A stretch of DNA of 64,000 nt from Smithellaceae bacterium (GTDB lineage Bacteria > Desulfobacterota > Syntrophia > Syntrophales > Smithellaceae), in the NCBI GenBank assembly GCA_963667845.2, contig CAXXVL010000002.1, positions 3,104,001 to 3,168,000 of the forward strand. Direction: 5' to 3'. A model generated the notes under the pieces. The model was given only the letters and a program-made list of their open reading frames with translations, searched no databases and was not told the DNA's origin. Below are positions 18,519 to 27,909 of this stretch, piece by piece. Within the stretch, counting starts at the first letter, position 1; every line of letters starts with the position of its first letter. The position numbers and the translations under genes are program-made.

Positions 18519-19319
18519 ATGGGAGACATTCTTTTACAGCTCAATAATATTTCCGTCGTCTATTCCAACGTGATTCAAGTTTTAAAAGGCGTATCGCTTT
18601 CTGTGGAAAGGGGCCAGATTGTGTCGCTCCTCGGCAGCAATGGTGCGGGAAAGACGACGACGCTCAAAGCGATCTCAGGCTTGTTGAAACCGGAAAACGG
18701 AGAGGTTACAGACGGCAGCATTATATACAACGGCGTCAACATCCAAAATCAGGCTCCGGAATTTATTACCCGTCAGGGCATCATCCAGGTGCTGGAAGGC
18801 CGTCAGCCATTTAAATATCTGACGATCGAAGAAAATTTGCGAGTCGGCACGGCCACAAGGCCGGGCAAGCCTTACAAGCAGGACCTGGAACTTGTCTACC
18901 ACTATTTTCCTGCGCTGGTAACGAGAAGGAAAGCGCTGGCGGGTTATTGCAGCGGAGGGGAGCTGCAGATGTTGGTGATCGGACGGGCGCTGATGGCGCA
19001 TCCGCAGCTTTTGATGCTGGACGAACCCTCGCTCGGACTTGCGCCGCTGGTGGTTCAGGAAATCTTTCGCATTATCAAAAAAATCAATGAGGAGCACGCC
19101 ACAACGATCGTGCTGGTCGAACAAAACGCCCATATGGCGCTGCAGGTTGCTCATTACGGCTACGTCATGGAAAACGGGAAAATTGTAATGGAAGGCTCGT
19201 CACAAGAGTTGTCGGGCAATCCGGACGTCAAAGAGTTCTATCTGGGAATGGCGGCAACCGGGCTGGCGAAATCCTATAAAGACGTTAAAGCCTACCGCCG
19301 CCGCAAACGCTGGCTGTAA
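18519..19319 (+). CDS. livF: ABC transporter ATP-binding protein, LivF-like
   Basis: GSNGAGKTT, SGGELQM, LDEPSLGLAP, EQN, FYLG; ATG 18519 follows the livM stop. Confidence 0.85.
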   Translation: MGDILLQLNNISVVYSNVIQVLKGVSLSVERGQIVSLLGSNGAGKTTTLKAISGLLKPENGEVTDGSIIYNGVNIQNQAPEFITRQGIIQVLEGRQPFKYLTIEENLRVGTATRPGKPYKQDLELVYHYFPALVTRRKALAGYCSGGELQMLVIGRALMAHPQLLMLDEPSLGLAPLVVQEIFRIIKKINEEHATTIVLVEQNAHMALQVAHYGYVMENGKIVMEGSSQELSGNPDVKEFYLGMAATGLAKSYKDVKAYRRRKRWL

Positions 19320-19373
19320 AAGACGGATTCGCGGCCAAAGTTGACGGTTTTGAATACATGAGGATCGGCACGA

Positions 19374-19760
19374 TTACACCGGATCAGAAGACGATCCCCG
19401 ATCGGCGTCGGTCCCAGCGCACGGCATCATTTTTTTGCCAAGTTGATATGCATCAATAATCGATAGAATCCACAATAACGCAATTAACAGCAGCATGCAC
19501 AAAAAATACCGAAGGTCGATTGTCTTCAGCGCTTTCAGGGTCACATCAATGACCTGCGTTAATTGAACTGTTCCCTTCTTAAAGGGCGCGGCCTTGATGA
19601 TGTTAGCGCCCACATGAACCACCATCGATGCTAAAACGATTATTCCGAAGAGAACGGGTAAAAGGAAGACCAGTCCGCGTTTGTAGCGTTTGAGATAAAA
19701 TTGTCCCCAACCGGGAAAAAGAAGAGCGTTGAACAGGGCTGCTTTAGTCGCCGTATCCAT
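19374..19760 (-). CDS. Small membrane protein (DUF5683-like)
   Basis: LLFPGWGQFY motif, hydrophobic helices, SIIDAY. Confidence 0.6.
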   Translation of the reverse strand: MDTATKAALFNALLFPGWGQFYLKRYKRGLVFLLPVLFGIIVLASMVVHVGANIIKAAPFKKGTVQLTQVIDVTLKALKTIDLRYFLCMLLLIALLWILSIIDAYQLGKKMMPCAGTDADRGSSSDPV

Positions 19761-19770
19761 AGCTTTATCC

Positions 19771-21510
19771 TTAGGCAGAAATTGCGGCATCTCTGATTTT
19801 CAGCTGGATGTCGGATGAACCATTCCAGTAATTAATCTGAGGAGAGAAAACAACATCCAAATTTGCTCCATTGAGAGCGGTGAGATATTTTCCCATGCCG
19901 AACCAGATGGCATTGCAGGATGCAGCATTCGACGTGAGGCGCAATTTGAGATGATTGTTCCCGACGATGACGGGTGATGAGGCTTTAATGTTCCGGGCGC
20001 AAAGAATCGGTTCGGGGTTTTCGCAGCCGAAGGGCGCAAGCCTTGTCATCTGCTGAATCAGATCAAGATTAATATCTTGAAGATCGCATTCAGCGTCAAT
20101 GAAGGTATGCGAAACCATTTCGGAAGATTCAACGGAATTCCGGATGATTTCATCGAGCATGCACGCGAACTCATCGATGTCATCCTCCTTAATGGAAATA
20201 CCCGCTGCCCGATAGTGACCGCCGTAAGATAACAGAAGCGGAGCACATTGCTGCAATCCCTTGTGAATGTTAAAATCGGACACACTGCGTCCGGAACCTT
20301 TTCCTATGCCATTTTTCAAACTGATCACGAACGCCGGACGGCTGTATAAATCCACGAGACGGGACGCGACGATGCCCACGACTCCCGGATGCCATTTTTC
20401 TGAAGAAAAGACGAGCGCGTTCATATTTTCCAGGTCAGGATTCGACCCCAGCTGGCCAAGAATTTCGTTCAGGATATCTCTTTCCATCGCCTGGCGCCTT
20501 CGATTATGCAAATCCAGCTTTTCAGCCAGAGGGCGAGCCACGTCCAGCGTTTCCGCCAGGAGCAGATCAACAGCATCGAGCGGCGAGGCAATTCTTCCCG
20601 CGGCATTAATGCGGGGAATCAGGCAAAAAGAAGCCTTGAACGAGTCAACGATTTGTCCGTCTATTCCGCTCACTTCCTTCAGAGCCTTGATTCCCGGACG
20701 CTTTCCTTCCGTCACCAGTTCCAGACCTATTTTAGCAAATATCCTGTTTTCACCAACGAGCGGCGCAATATCGCCAATCGTCCCCAGGGCGACAATATCG
20801 AGATATTCTTTCAAATTTGGATATCGGCCTTCTCCCCAGAAGCCCTCCTTGCGCAGCGAGCCGCGAAGGGCGATCAGAAAGTTGAAAGCAATTCCGACAC
20901 CGGCCAGATGTTTGAAAGGAAATGAGCAATCGCCGCGATTCGGATTAATGCAGGCGACGGCGACCGGCAAATGATCGGCTATTTCATGATGATCCAGGAC
21001 AATGGTATCGATACCGATGGACTGGGCGTACGCAATTTGTTCCACATCGGAAATTCCGCAATCCACAGTAATAATCAGCTTGACGTTTTTGCTTTTAAAC
21101 TGATCAATCACCGGAACTTTCAGACCATAACCTTCCTGCACTCTGTCCGGAATATAGTAGGATACGTGTTCGGTCAGTTTCTTTATAAAGCTGTAAAGAA
21201 TGACGACAGAGGTAATGCCATCCGCATCGTAATCGCCGTAAATGATGATTTCTTCCCCGGCATAAATAGCCTTCATCAGGCGACAGACGCCTTTTTTCAT
21301 GTCCTGCATCAGGAAAGGGCTAAGCAGATCATTGAGGGAAGGATTGAGGTAATGATGCGCATCTTCCAGACTGGCAACATGACGGTTCAACATCAGTTGA
21401 GAAATGATCCGGTTGACTCCGAATTCTTTCGCTAACGATTCCTCTATATTTTTATGGCCGGTGTCTTTGAGCTTCCAGTGCGTTACCGGCAGACGTCCTT
21501 CTTCAATCAT
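19771..21510 (-). CDS. recJ: Single-stranded-DNA exonuclease RecJ
   Basis: YGDYDADG, TVDCG, DHH, PRINAAGR, GSGRS, GGH. Start uncertain (21510 or 21546). Confidence 0.95.
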   Translation of the reverse strand: MIEEGRLPVTHWKLKDTGHKNIEESLAKEFGVNRIISQLMLNRHVASLEDAHHYLNPSLNDLLSPFLMQDMKKGVCRLMKAIYAGEEIIIYGDYDADGITSVVILYSFIKKLTEHVSYYIPDRVQEGYGLKVPVIDQFKSKNVKLIITVDCGISDVEQIAYAQSIGIDTIVLDHHEIADHLPVAVACINPNRGDCSFPFKHLAGVGIAFNFLIALRGSLRKEGFWGEGRYPNLKEYLDIVALGTIGDIAPLVGENRIFAKIGLELVTEGKRPGIKALKEVSGIDGQIVDSFKASFCLIPRINAAGRIASPLDAVDLLLAETLDVARPLAEKLDLHNRRRQAMERDILNEILGQLGSNPDLENMNALVFSSEKWHPGVVGIVASRLVDLYSRPAFVISLKNGIGKGSGRSVSDFNIHKGLQQCAPLLLSYGGHYRAAGISIKEDDIDEFACMLDEIIRNSVESSEMVSHTFIDAECDLQDINLDLIQQMTRLAPFGCENPEPILCARNIKASSPVIVGNNHLKLRLTSNAASCNAIWFGMGKYLTALNGANLDVVFSPQINYWNGSSDIQLKIRDAAISA

Positions 21511-21687
21511 GTCTTCTTCTTTAGAATTATTTTCACACCGCATCATATCAGTGACAAATCTTATGTCAAGTCTTCATTACTTATTATCGGGATATTTTTG
21601 ATGATCTTTCAGTTTTCAGAGAGAAACCCGCCCCCACATCTTCGCTTCTTGCTCTTTAAAAAAATAAGTGATAAATTTATACATGTG

Positions 21688-21921
21688 ATGATCAGAAAAT
21701 GGTTTAAAATAAACAAGGGTGATATCACAATTGTCCAATTCATCCTCGAAGGATATGAGGGGTTCGCCACCGTCTCAACGATTGACCCCCAAACTGCAAT
21801 TCTTCAAGTTTTAATTATACCGGAGTTTATCGAAGACGTGGATGGCATTCTGGATCACCTGAAAGACCAGTTTAAGCTTCAGGAAATGGCCGCAGGCGGC
21901 CAGCAGGCGCTCCCATGCTGA
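21688..21921 (+). CDS. DUF4911-like small protein
   Basis: DITIVQFILEGYEGFATVSTID. Confidence 0.65.
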   Translation: MIRKWFKINKGDITIVQFILEGYEGFATVSTIDPQTAILQVLIIPEFIEDVDGILDHLKDQFKLQEMAAGGQQALPC

Positions 21922-22703
21922 TGTTGACTCACACCTGTTTATTGCAGCAGATCATGAGCGAGTCCAATATCCGCCACTGCGATCCGGACATATACATTTA
22001 CAACATTGCTCCGGATCTGCTGACGATTCATCCGGGGATCAGTGCAAATCAGACCCACTCCATTCAAAGGTTCATTCAATCGCCTCAAAATCATCAACGC
22101 GTGTCCTATATCATGTTTCATCTTTTGGTAGATGATCTGGCACATTATGGAAATATTTCCCTGGCCCATCATGAAGGGTTTGATCCGCATTCTTCAGGCT
22201 ATACTTATCTCAAAGGACGGCACTTGATCGCGTCAATTATTAATATGCATAAAATCATCGAGCGGGACATTACCTATAGTGAGGCAGCTTATCGTTCTCA
22301 TCTCATTATTGAAATGATTTATGACTTGGTGATTTTGTCCCATATTCAAAAAAACAAGTCCATTGAGCTTTTAGAGGAGGCGATTCATTTCACATTGGAC
22401 AACAAGGCGAAAGAATTTTGCGAAGACATTGCCTGGCTTTACGGCATTGCAAAAGACGATGTATTGGAGGTTTTGAAAAACGCCGTATCCTACATTACAA
22501 AAGGAAGAATGGAGCGCATTATGAACATCGAAGGCCGAATTCGTCTTTTCACGGACAAATTCGGCCTGAGAAATGATAATTCAATGTTTGCCGCAGCGAT
22601 CCAAACTCTATTTCAAGACGCCTTGAATTCCATTGAAAATGAAGATTTCCTTCACGAGACCGCGACAACCATCAGAGATTATGGTTGGCTTCCTACAGTC
22701 TAA
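21915..22703 (+). CDS. Hypothetical protein, zinc-dependent phospholipase C-like motifs
   Basis: N-terminal [22 protein letters not shown]. Confidence 0.5.
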   Translation: MLMLTHTCLLQQIMSESNIRHCDPDIYIYNIAPDLLTIHPGISANQTHSIQRFIQSPQNHQRVSYIMFHLLVDDLAHYGNISLAHHEGFDPHSSGYTYLKGRHLIASIINMHKIIERDITYSEAAYRSHLIIEMIYDLVILSHIQKNKSIELLEEAIHFTLDNKAKEFCEDIAWLYGIAKDDVLEVLKNAVSYITKGRMERIMNIEGRIRLFTDKFGLRNDNSMFAAAIQTLFQDALNSIENEDFLHETATTIRDYGWLPTV

Positions 22704-22897
22704 CTTGCTTTTTTGACGAAACCGGAACGAATGCACCGCGTGCATGCCTTCACTCTTTTTACGGCTCCTGTTTTCTCGTCAATACACCGTAACTTCTGGA
22801 GGTTCGGACGCCAGACGACCCGGCTTTTATTGTTGGCATGGCTGACATTGTTTCCGATGGCCGGTTTTTTTCCGCAAACTTCACAAATTCGAGACAT
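22700..22897 (-). CDS. rpmB: 50S ribosomal protein L28 (zinc-ribbon form)
   Basis: [11 protein letters not shown]...GNNVSHANN...PNLQ...CTRC. Confidence 0.95.
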   Translation of the reverse strand: MSRICEVCGKKPAIGNNVSHANNKSRVVWRPNLQKLRCIDEKTGAVKRVKACTRCIRSGFVKKAS

Positions 22898-23098
22898 ACA
22901 AATAACTCCTTCTAAAATTGTGCGTCGTTACTAAACCACAACACTCTATTTTGCAAGCATTTTCTGCACAACTTGAAAAGTATTTTCAGCCGTAATTGCC
23001 GTTTACTCACCAAGCTGCGGGGAAGACGCAGATCTTTTGACAAGCACGCGGCAGTCTAAGGTTAGGCAATGGGTGAGATTGCTCTTCCGGTATGTCAT

Positions 23099-24403
23099 TT
23101 ATCCCTTTTTCCTCATCTCCGCCGGTTGACCGGTAATTTCCAGTACCCGGAGCCAGGGATTGCCCTGAGGGTCAATCTGTCTGCCTGACGTCGCAGCGGA
23201 TAACGGCAGATGGACGTATTCGTTGTTTCTGAGAGCTACCAGAAGACCCGTTTTCCCGGCCAAGGCGGCATGGACAGAGTATTGCCCAAGCGAACTGCAA
23301 TAAATGCTGTCTGCGGCATTGGCCGGAACTGAGCGGATGAGGTAGCTGGGTTCTATATATTTTAAATTGATTTTGAGGTTGTTCTTATTGAAGTGATGTT
23401 CAATGGCGTTTTTAAGAAACAAGCCGATGTCATGAAGACGGACGTTACCCGATGCGTCGGTTTTTCGTTGACCGGAATACTGCTCCATCAGTTCCTGTCC
23501 GGCACCTTCCGCCACCAGAATAACGGCGTGTCCGCGCGCTCTGATCCTGTCCTCCAGTGACCTTAAGAACCCCGTATCGCCATCCAGGTCAAACGGCACT
23601 TCCGGAATCAGAACGAAGTTGACGTCCCCCTGAGCCAGGGCCGCGGTTGCCGTGATATAGCCGGACAAGCGGCCCATGATTTTAACCAGGCAGATGCCGT
23701 TTAATGCGCCCTTGGCTTCCACGTGGGCGCATCTGACGGCTTCCACTGTTTTCTCTATCGCCGTGTCAAAACCGAAAGATTTTTCGATCAGGTTAAGATC
23801 ATTGTCAATTGTCTTGGGAATACCGATTACAGCAACTGGAGCGTTTCTTTTCTTGATTTCGGCAGTTAATTTTTCTGCCGCCCGCATGGTTCCGTCGCCG
23901 CCGACGCAAAAAAGGATATTGACGTTCAGACGTTGCAGGTAGTCCACCATGATCTGGACATCTTGCGGGCCACGGGACATGGAGAGAATACTGCCCCCGA
24001 TATGGGTGATGTCTTTGACAAAACCCGGCGTCAGATTGACCGGCTCTTCTCCGGAAGCAGGATTCAGTCCGAGCAAACCGTATTTAATCCCGAAGATTTT
24101 TTTTACGCCATAACGATAAAAAAGCGTCATTGTCAAGGAGCGGATCACATCATTGATTCCGGGACAGAGACCGCCGCACGTAACGATCGCCGCTGTCGTT
24201 TTAGCCGGATCAAAATAAATCTTTCTCCGCGGACCCGCCAGTTCCAGAGATAAAGGACGTCCCGTGGAGTCCAGGCTTTCAGTATAATCATTCAATCGTG
24301 TGTTAAATAGTACCCGGTCGGCATCCGACGCAAAGGTGCTGACGCTGAGCGGTGAATCGATCCGGCAGGGGCCAAGATACGGAATCGCAAAATCATGAGT
24401 CAT
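23099..24403 (-). CDS. pfkA: 6-phosphofructokinase
   Basis: TCGGLCPG, GGDGT, PKTIDND, MGR, VAEGAG. Confidence 0.9.
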   Translation of the reverse strand: MTHDFAIPYLGPCRIDSPLSVSTFASDADRVLFNTRLNDYTESLDSTGRPLSLELAGPRRKIYFDPAKTTAAIVTCGGLCPGINDVIRSLTMTLFYRYGVKKIFGIKYGLLGLNPASGEEPVNLTPGFVKDITHIGGSILSMSRGPQDVQIMVDYLQRLNVNILFCVGGDGTMRAAEKLTAEIKKRNAPVAVIGIPKTIDNDLNLIEKSFGFDTAIEKTVEAVRCAHVEAKGALNGICLVKIMGRLSGYITATAALAQGDVNFVLIPEVPFDLDGDTGFLRSLEDRIRARGHAVILVAEGAGQELMEQYSGQRKTDASGNVRLHDIGLFLKNAIEHHFNKNNLKINLKYIEPSYLIRSVPANAADSIYCSSLGQYSVHAALAGKTGLLVALRNNEYVHLPLSAATSGRQIDPQGNPWLRVLEITGQPAEMRKKG

Positions 24404-24407
24404 GGAA

Positions 24408-25856
24408 TCATTTCCTTCTATTTATGACCTGCAGTGCCGCGTTCTTACCGGACATCATCTCCGCATCAAAACCGGCATCCGTCAGCAGTGATGTTCCCGT
24501 CAGAAATATATTTCCGAATCGTGTCCTGTTGCTCTTAGCAGCAAATGAAGTCAAGAGAGCATTTCGCACCTTATACTTCGGTGAGGCGACCTTCCGATAG
24601 GCAAGCGAGATATCGATCGACTGGTCAAGATTGTCCAGTTCGATGTTTTCCTTCAGGAAGGGAAGAAAGTCTTCGAGCCTCAGCAACACGGAATGCGCTT
24701 CACGCTTCAAGGCATCACGCGTCCAATTTTCTTCGCCATCCTCGCGGAAGACAGTCGCCGTAAGAGATATCCTGGCCTGCTTGAGAGGCAAATTGTTTTC
24801 GGGCAGGCCGGTTTCGAGAATAATCAAGTTGCCGTCGTGAATATCTTTCGCGGTATCTGTAACCAAAGCGATATGTCTGGCGATTTGTTCGGGCAGGCAT
24901 TTCTCGGCGATGCCCAGATAGATCGTGAAGGGGTAATGAACAATTTTCGCCGGCCGAAACCAATCGGAAATATTGACAGACCTGTTACCGGTCCTGAGTA
25001 GCAAAAGACTATCTGATTTGGTGGTGATAATCAGATTCCGCCCTGACACCTGGCTTGATTCGCCAGTTGGTGCTTTGATTGTGAGCTCGATCGGATTATT
25101 TCTGGTTATCGACGAAACCTGGTAATTATTCAGGTACAGCCCCTTATTCGATTCAAGTTTTTCGATAAGAGCGTTGAATAAGAATTGTTTCCCTTGGGCA
25201 AAATATGAAATCCCGCGAAAAGGGGCACAATACTGGTAGGACGATGCAAAAGAAAACAAATCATCATTATTGAAGGAAAGCAGCGCTTGCTGGGCTTCCC
25301 ACACTTTTTCCAGGGAAGGATTTTGCGACAAGATTTTATCGAATTTGGCAGCACTGAATTTATACCGGAAAATATGCGGAAAAATTTTCAAATAGGAGAA
25401 ATATTCTTTGAGATTTTGCGGCTGAATCTGCGGATGTTCGGCTATCCACTTTTGAAAAATAGCCGAAGCGTCGGTTGCCGCGCGATAAAAGTCTCTGATC
25501 TCCGAATCCAATTCGGGAAATTCTCGGGCGAGTTCGGTCGTAAGCGTTAATGACTCATTATAGAAATCAATGCGATGGTCGGGCAGTATCACTTGAAAGG
25601 CCGGATTAATGGCTGTTGCAGAATCGGCGGCTTCGGGCACGGTGATGCCCAAGTCGGATAAAATGGAAAGCCCCGGCTGGTCCGGTCCCAGACCGGTGAT
25701 TGGCGTGGAATCGATATTGAAAACAAAATCATCCAGCAGTTGCAATCCGCCCAGTCCGCTTTCCGCGATAAGCAGCGTATGGAGACCGTGGTTACTGGCG
25801 CAGGCAGCTGCGACATGCGAAGACAGATCATCCCCGATGACAATCAGATCGTACAT
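24408..25856 (-). CDS. Phytoene dehydrogenase-like FAD oxidoreductase fold with a degenerate Rossmann motif
   Basis: YDLIVIGDDLSS...LLIAE...GG...FVF; C-terminal NIFLTG...SGKNAA. Confidence 0.55.
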   Translation of the reverse strand: MYDLIVIGDDLSSHVAAACASNHGLHTLLIAESGLGGLQLLDDFVFNIDSTPITGLGPDQPGLSILSDLGITVPEAADSATAINPAFQVILPDHRIDFYNESLTLTTELAREFPELDSEIRDFYRAATDASAIFQKWIAEHPQIQPQNLKEYFSYLKIFPHIFRYKFSAAKFDKILSQNPSLEKVWEAQQALLSFNNDDLFSFASSYQYCAPFRGISYFAQGKQFLFNALIEKLESNKGLYLNNYQVSSITRNNPIELTIKAPTGESSQVSGRNLIITTKSDSLLLLRTGNRSVNISDWFRPAKIVHYPFTIYLGIAEKCLPEQIARHIALVTDTAKDIHDGNLIILETGLPENNLPLKQARISLTATVFREDGEENWTRDALKREAHSVLLRLEDFLPFLKENIELDNLDQSIDISLAYRKVASPKYKVRNALLTSFAAKSNRTRFGNIFLTGTSLLTDAGFDAEMMSGKNAALQVINRRK

Positions 25857-25884
25857 GAATGAATAGTTGCCTCCAAGTCAGGTC

Positions 25885-25990
25885 GAATCAACCACCTCGC
25901 AGCAAGCTGTCGAAGTATGAAATGAACGTTATTATATCGCAGCAAGCGACGGAGAATTAACTCTCGTCCCGAGTGAGCGGGATTAAAAAA
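25885..25990 (+). repeat. Palindromic REP/PATE-like element, long copy with two TCGCAGCAAGC units
   Basis: GAATCAACCACCTCGCAGCAAGCTGTCGAAG...ATCGCAGCAAGCGACGGAGAATTAACTCTCGTCCCG...CGGGATTAAAAA. Confidence 0.75.
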
Positions 25991-25996
25991 GATCCG

Positions 25997-26659
25997 TCAA
26001 GCGTCAAGCGGCGGATTATGGATCACAGCAGCGTCGATGTTTTTGGTGTTCTTTATTTCGACATGGCGGCCATTCTTGACGATTCTGCCTTCTGCAAAAT
26101 AACGGATGGCTTGCGGATAAATGCGATGTTCCTCTTTTAATATCCTGGCAGCAAGCGTATCCGCGGTATCATCTGCAAGCACCGGCACAACGGCTTGAAT
26201 AATAATGGGGCCGGTATCCACGCCGTCGTCAACAAAGTGGACAGTGCAACCGGAAAATTTCGCACCGTGATCCAGTGCCTTCTGCTGCACGTGCGTGCCG
26301 GGGAACGCCGGCAGCAGGGCAGGGTGGATATTGATAATTCTTTCGGGAAAAGCGCGCAAAAAAATCGGAGTAAGAATCCGCATAAACCCGGCCAGTACGA
26401 CTAAATCGACCTTGGCATCCTTAAGAAGCCTGGTGAGTTCTCTGTCAAATTCTTCCCGGTCGGAGAAATCGCGGTGTCTTAAAACTGCATAGGGGATGCC
26501 ATGCTTTTCGGCTCTTGAAAGACCATAGGCTTCGGGATTATTGCTTATAACGATTTTGATCTGCGCGGAAAGCATTCCTTTTTCAATATGATCGATGATG
26601 GACTGAAGGTTGGAGCCGCTTCCGGATATCAGAACACCCAATTTGAGAAGTTCAGCCAT
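25997..26659 (-). CDS. purN: Phosphoribosylglycinamide formyltransferase
   Basis: LISGSGSNLQ, LAGFMRIL, NIHPALLP, GCTVHFV, DTGPII. Confidence 0.95.
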   Translation of the reverse strand: MAELLKLGVLISGSGSNLQSIIDHIEKGMLSAQIKIVISNNPEAYGLSRAEKHGIPYAVLRHRDFSDREEFDRELTRLLKDAKVDLVVLAGFMRILTPIFLRAFPERIINIHPALLPAFPGTHVQQKALDHGAKFSGCTVHFVDDGVDTGPIIIQAVVPVLADDTADTLAARILKEEHRIYPQAIRYFAEGRIVKNGRHVEIKNTKNIDAAVIHNPPLDA

Positions 26660-26669
26660 AGATCCGCCG

Positions 26670-27737
26670 CTAAATATCCGTGAAGCAAACCGACTCCTGT
26701 TTGTCTTCCTTCTTTTCAACCACACCGATCAGATGAGCTGTTTCCCCAAGCACTTTCAGGCGGTCGAGAATTTCCTGAGATTCTTTTTCCGAGACAATCA
26801 TCATCATACCGATGCCCATATTAAAAACCCGGAACATCTCCTTTTCTTCCACGTGACCTATATTTTGAATGACCGAAAATATCGGAGGAACCTTCCAGCT
26901 GTTTCGTGAGATGACGCAGCGGCAGACGTCCGGAATGATGCGGGGAATATTATCATAAAAACCGCCTCCGGTTATATGAACCAATCCTTTGATGTTAAAA
27001 CTTTTGAAAATGTTCAAAAGAGACTTGACGTAAATCCGTGTCGGTTCGAGGAGTTCCAAGCCGATTGATCTAGACAGTTCCGGTACCGAATCATTCATCG
27101 AGAGCCGGCCTTTTTCCAAAAGCACTTTGCGAGCCAATGAGAACCCGTTGCTGTGCAGGCCGCTGGAGGCAAGGCCGATCAGCCTGTCGTTGATGCTGAT
27201 CATGGAACCGTCTATGAGTTTTTCCTGTTCGACAACGCCTACACAAAAACCGGCGAGGTCGTAATCGCCTTCTTGGTAGAATCCGGGCATCTCCGCTGTT
27301 TCCCCGCCCAGCAGCGTGCACCCGGCTTGTTTGCAGCCCTGAACGATCCCATCAACGATCTGCACGCTCTTTTCTAATTCAATCTTGCCGGTGGCCAGAT
27401 AATCCAGGAAGAACAGGGGCTCCGCACCCTGGACAACAACATCATTGACCGACATAGCGACCAGATCTATACCGATCGTATCGTGCTTATCCATCAGCTG
27501 GGCGATTTTAAGTTTTGTGCCCACACCGTCAGTCGAAGAAACCAGAACCGGATTTTTCATTTTTGCAGCATCAAAACGAAACAATCCTCCGAAGCCCCCA
27601 ATACCGGATATTAATTCCTTACGGGCCGTTGTTTTAATCAGAGGTTTGATTCGTTCGACAAAGGCATTTGCTGTGTCAATATTTACACCAGCGTCTTTGT
27701 AAGTAGATGCTTTGGACTTAATTGATTTGGTTGACAT
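26670..27737 (-). CDS. purM: AIR synthetase
   Basis: YKDAGV, TDGVGTK, GGETAEMPG, SSGLHSNG, HITGGG, FNMGIG. Confidence 0.95.
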   Translation of the reverse strand: MSTKSIKSKASTYKDAGVNIDTANAFVERIKPLIKTTARKELISGIGGFGGLFRFDAAKMKNPVLVSSTDGVGTKLKIAQLMDKHDTIGIDLVAMSVNDVVVQGAEPLFFLDYLATGKIELEKSVQIVDGIVQGCKQAGCTLLGGETAEMPGFYQEGDYDLAGFCVGVVEQEKLIDGSMISINDRLIGLASSGLHSNGFSLARKVLLEKGRLSMNDSVPELSRSIGLELLEPTRIYVKSLLNIFKSFNIKGLVHITGGGFYDNIPRIIPDVCRCVISRNSWKVPPIFSVIQNIGHVEEKEMFRVFNMGIGMMMIVSEKESQEILDRLKVLGETAHLIGVVEKKEDKQESVCFTDI

Positions 27738-27909
27738 ATTACTCCATAAAATGCGATAAATTCTTTAAATGAAAATAGATGGTCATGATCTAACGTAAAT
27801 CAGTGCCTGTGTCAATCATTGACTTGCACAATTAAAAAATATTTGTTAAAAAAACCAGCAATTTCCATAAATTATTTCAATTCCCTTTCCGCCTTTCGGA
27901 GATTTGTAA

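Noticed and set aside
20267..20974. Long antisense or alternate-frame ORFs (also 13220-13897, 16231-16902, 52398-52991)
   Set aside because: Shadows of well-supported genes, with no motifs or RBS.
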